A DNA stretch of 63,882 bases, filler included, from Octopus bimaculoides (Eukaryota): assembly GCF_001194135.2 (NCBI RefSeq). It is 5 parts of 4 records of this genome, joined end to end, with 100 filler letters (N's around TTAATTAATTAA, not from the genome) between each part and the next. Parts side by side here need not be neighbours in the genome. Positions count along the whole stretch, not along the records: positions 62,463 to 63,882 come from NC_068986.1; 4 more parts are not named here. One strand, given 5' to 3'. Shown here one piece after another: positions 62,990 to 63,882 of the stretch; the first letter of the stretch is position 1; each line of letters starts with the position of its first letter. A program made the translations under genes and the position numbers. The notes beneath the pieces are model-generated. The model was not told the DNA's origin. It saw only the letters and a list, made by a program, of their open reading frames with translations, and did no database searches.

Positions 62990-63570
62990 AATCAATTCAG
63001 CACTAAAAGAAGTCAAATCAATTATCATTTAAGTGATTATTGGTGACTTCACTGCTAAGGTAAGCTCAGGAAAATACACCTTCATAACAGGCAATTATGG
63101 ACTAGGTTTATGAAATGAAAGTGATACAAGACTCATATATTATTGAAACAGAAGTACTCAGGTAAAGAGATTGGAAAAAAAGACACTTCTGATATTGACT
63201 GTCTGAGAGCAGGTGTGAAAAAGAGATATTCTATTAAAATGTAAAACAAATATGAAAAACTTACGAATGAAAGCTAAGAACAATATCACCAAGAAGCACC
63301 CAATGGAAAATTTATGTAAAGTAGGAAATCTTCAGAGACAGCATGAAACGTGGAGTAAGCACATTACCAGGAAAAAAGCAAAAGAAAGACCAACCATGGA
63401 TAATTAAAGAAATTCTCCAATTGATATCAGAATGCAAAAAAACAAAAAACACTGTAAACCCACCACTACACACACAGCCAAGATATATGAATAAATAAAC
63501 AAAAATATCAAAAGTAAATGTAGGAAAAAGAAGAAAAATTGGTTGAAAGAAAAATGTGCTAAACAGTTTG
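62990..63570 (+). mobile_element. RTE-clade LINE endonuclease/linker remnant
   Basis: VIIGDFTAKVSSGK...GNYGLGL*NE (cf. GDFNAKVG...GKYGLGERNERG) and WLKEKC. Confidence 0.55.
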
Positions 63571-63577
63571 CACCAAA

Positions 63578-63882
63578 TCATCATCATCATCATCATCATT
63601 TAACGTCCGCTTTCCATGCTAGCATGGGTTGGACGATTTGACTGAGGACTGGTGAAACCGGATGGCAACACCAGGCTCCAGTCTAATTTGGCAGAGTTTC
63701 TACAGCTGGATGCCCTTCCTAACGCCAACCACTCAGAGAGTGTAGTGGGTGCTTTTACGTGTCACCCGCACGAAAACGGCCACGCTCGAAATGGTGTCTT
63801 TTATGTGCCACCCGCACAAGCCAGTCCAGGGGCACTGGCAACGATCTCGCTCGAAAATCCTACGGGAGCCAGTCAGGCGGTA
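63578..63882 (-). mobile_element. SINE with RTE-like (GAT)n tail
   Basis: Same family as 45155-45580; it runs off the window end. Confidence 0.75.

Noticed and set aside
1-63882. CRISPR arrays, rRNA, prokaryotic operons or terminators
   Set aside because: No repeat-spacer arrays or rRNA-like sequence were seen; the DNA is eukaryotic with spliced exons.

Overview
AT-rich, gap-riddled, repeat-dense animal genomic DNA. The SINE and repeat repertoire resembles cephalopod (Octopus) DNA; this is an inference. The only host gene I can support is a plus-strand receptor (membrane) guanylyl cyclase. Four exons (31177-31273, 32645-32815, 33973-34077, 37470-37541) splice in frame and encode the juxtamembrane segment and the first part of the kinase-homology domain; the other exons lie in N gaps, outside the window, or were not recognised. 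The rest is probably intronic or intergenic and holds decayed mobile elements: three Penelope-like elements (PLEs), two R4/Dong-like non-LTR elements, Tx1/L1 and RTE remnants, a Chapaev3-like and a mariner DNA transposon, Helitron termini, a possible Gypsy relic, several tRNA-derived SINE families and many microsatellites. The most interesting signal is non-coding: nine minimal type-I hammerhead-ribozyme-like motifs on both strands, read by eye. Two of the loci are ~280-300 bp foldback elements, and one of these carries a hammerhead on each strand. Most entries in the ORF track are microsatellite or N-gap artefacts. Repeat boundaries are approximate unless a target-site duplication (TSD) is given.
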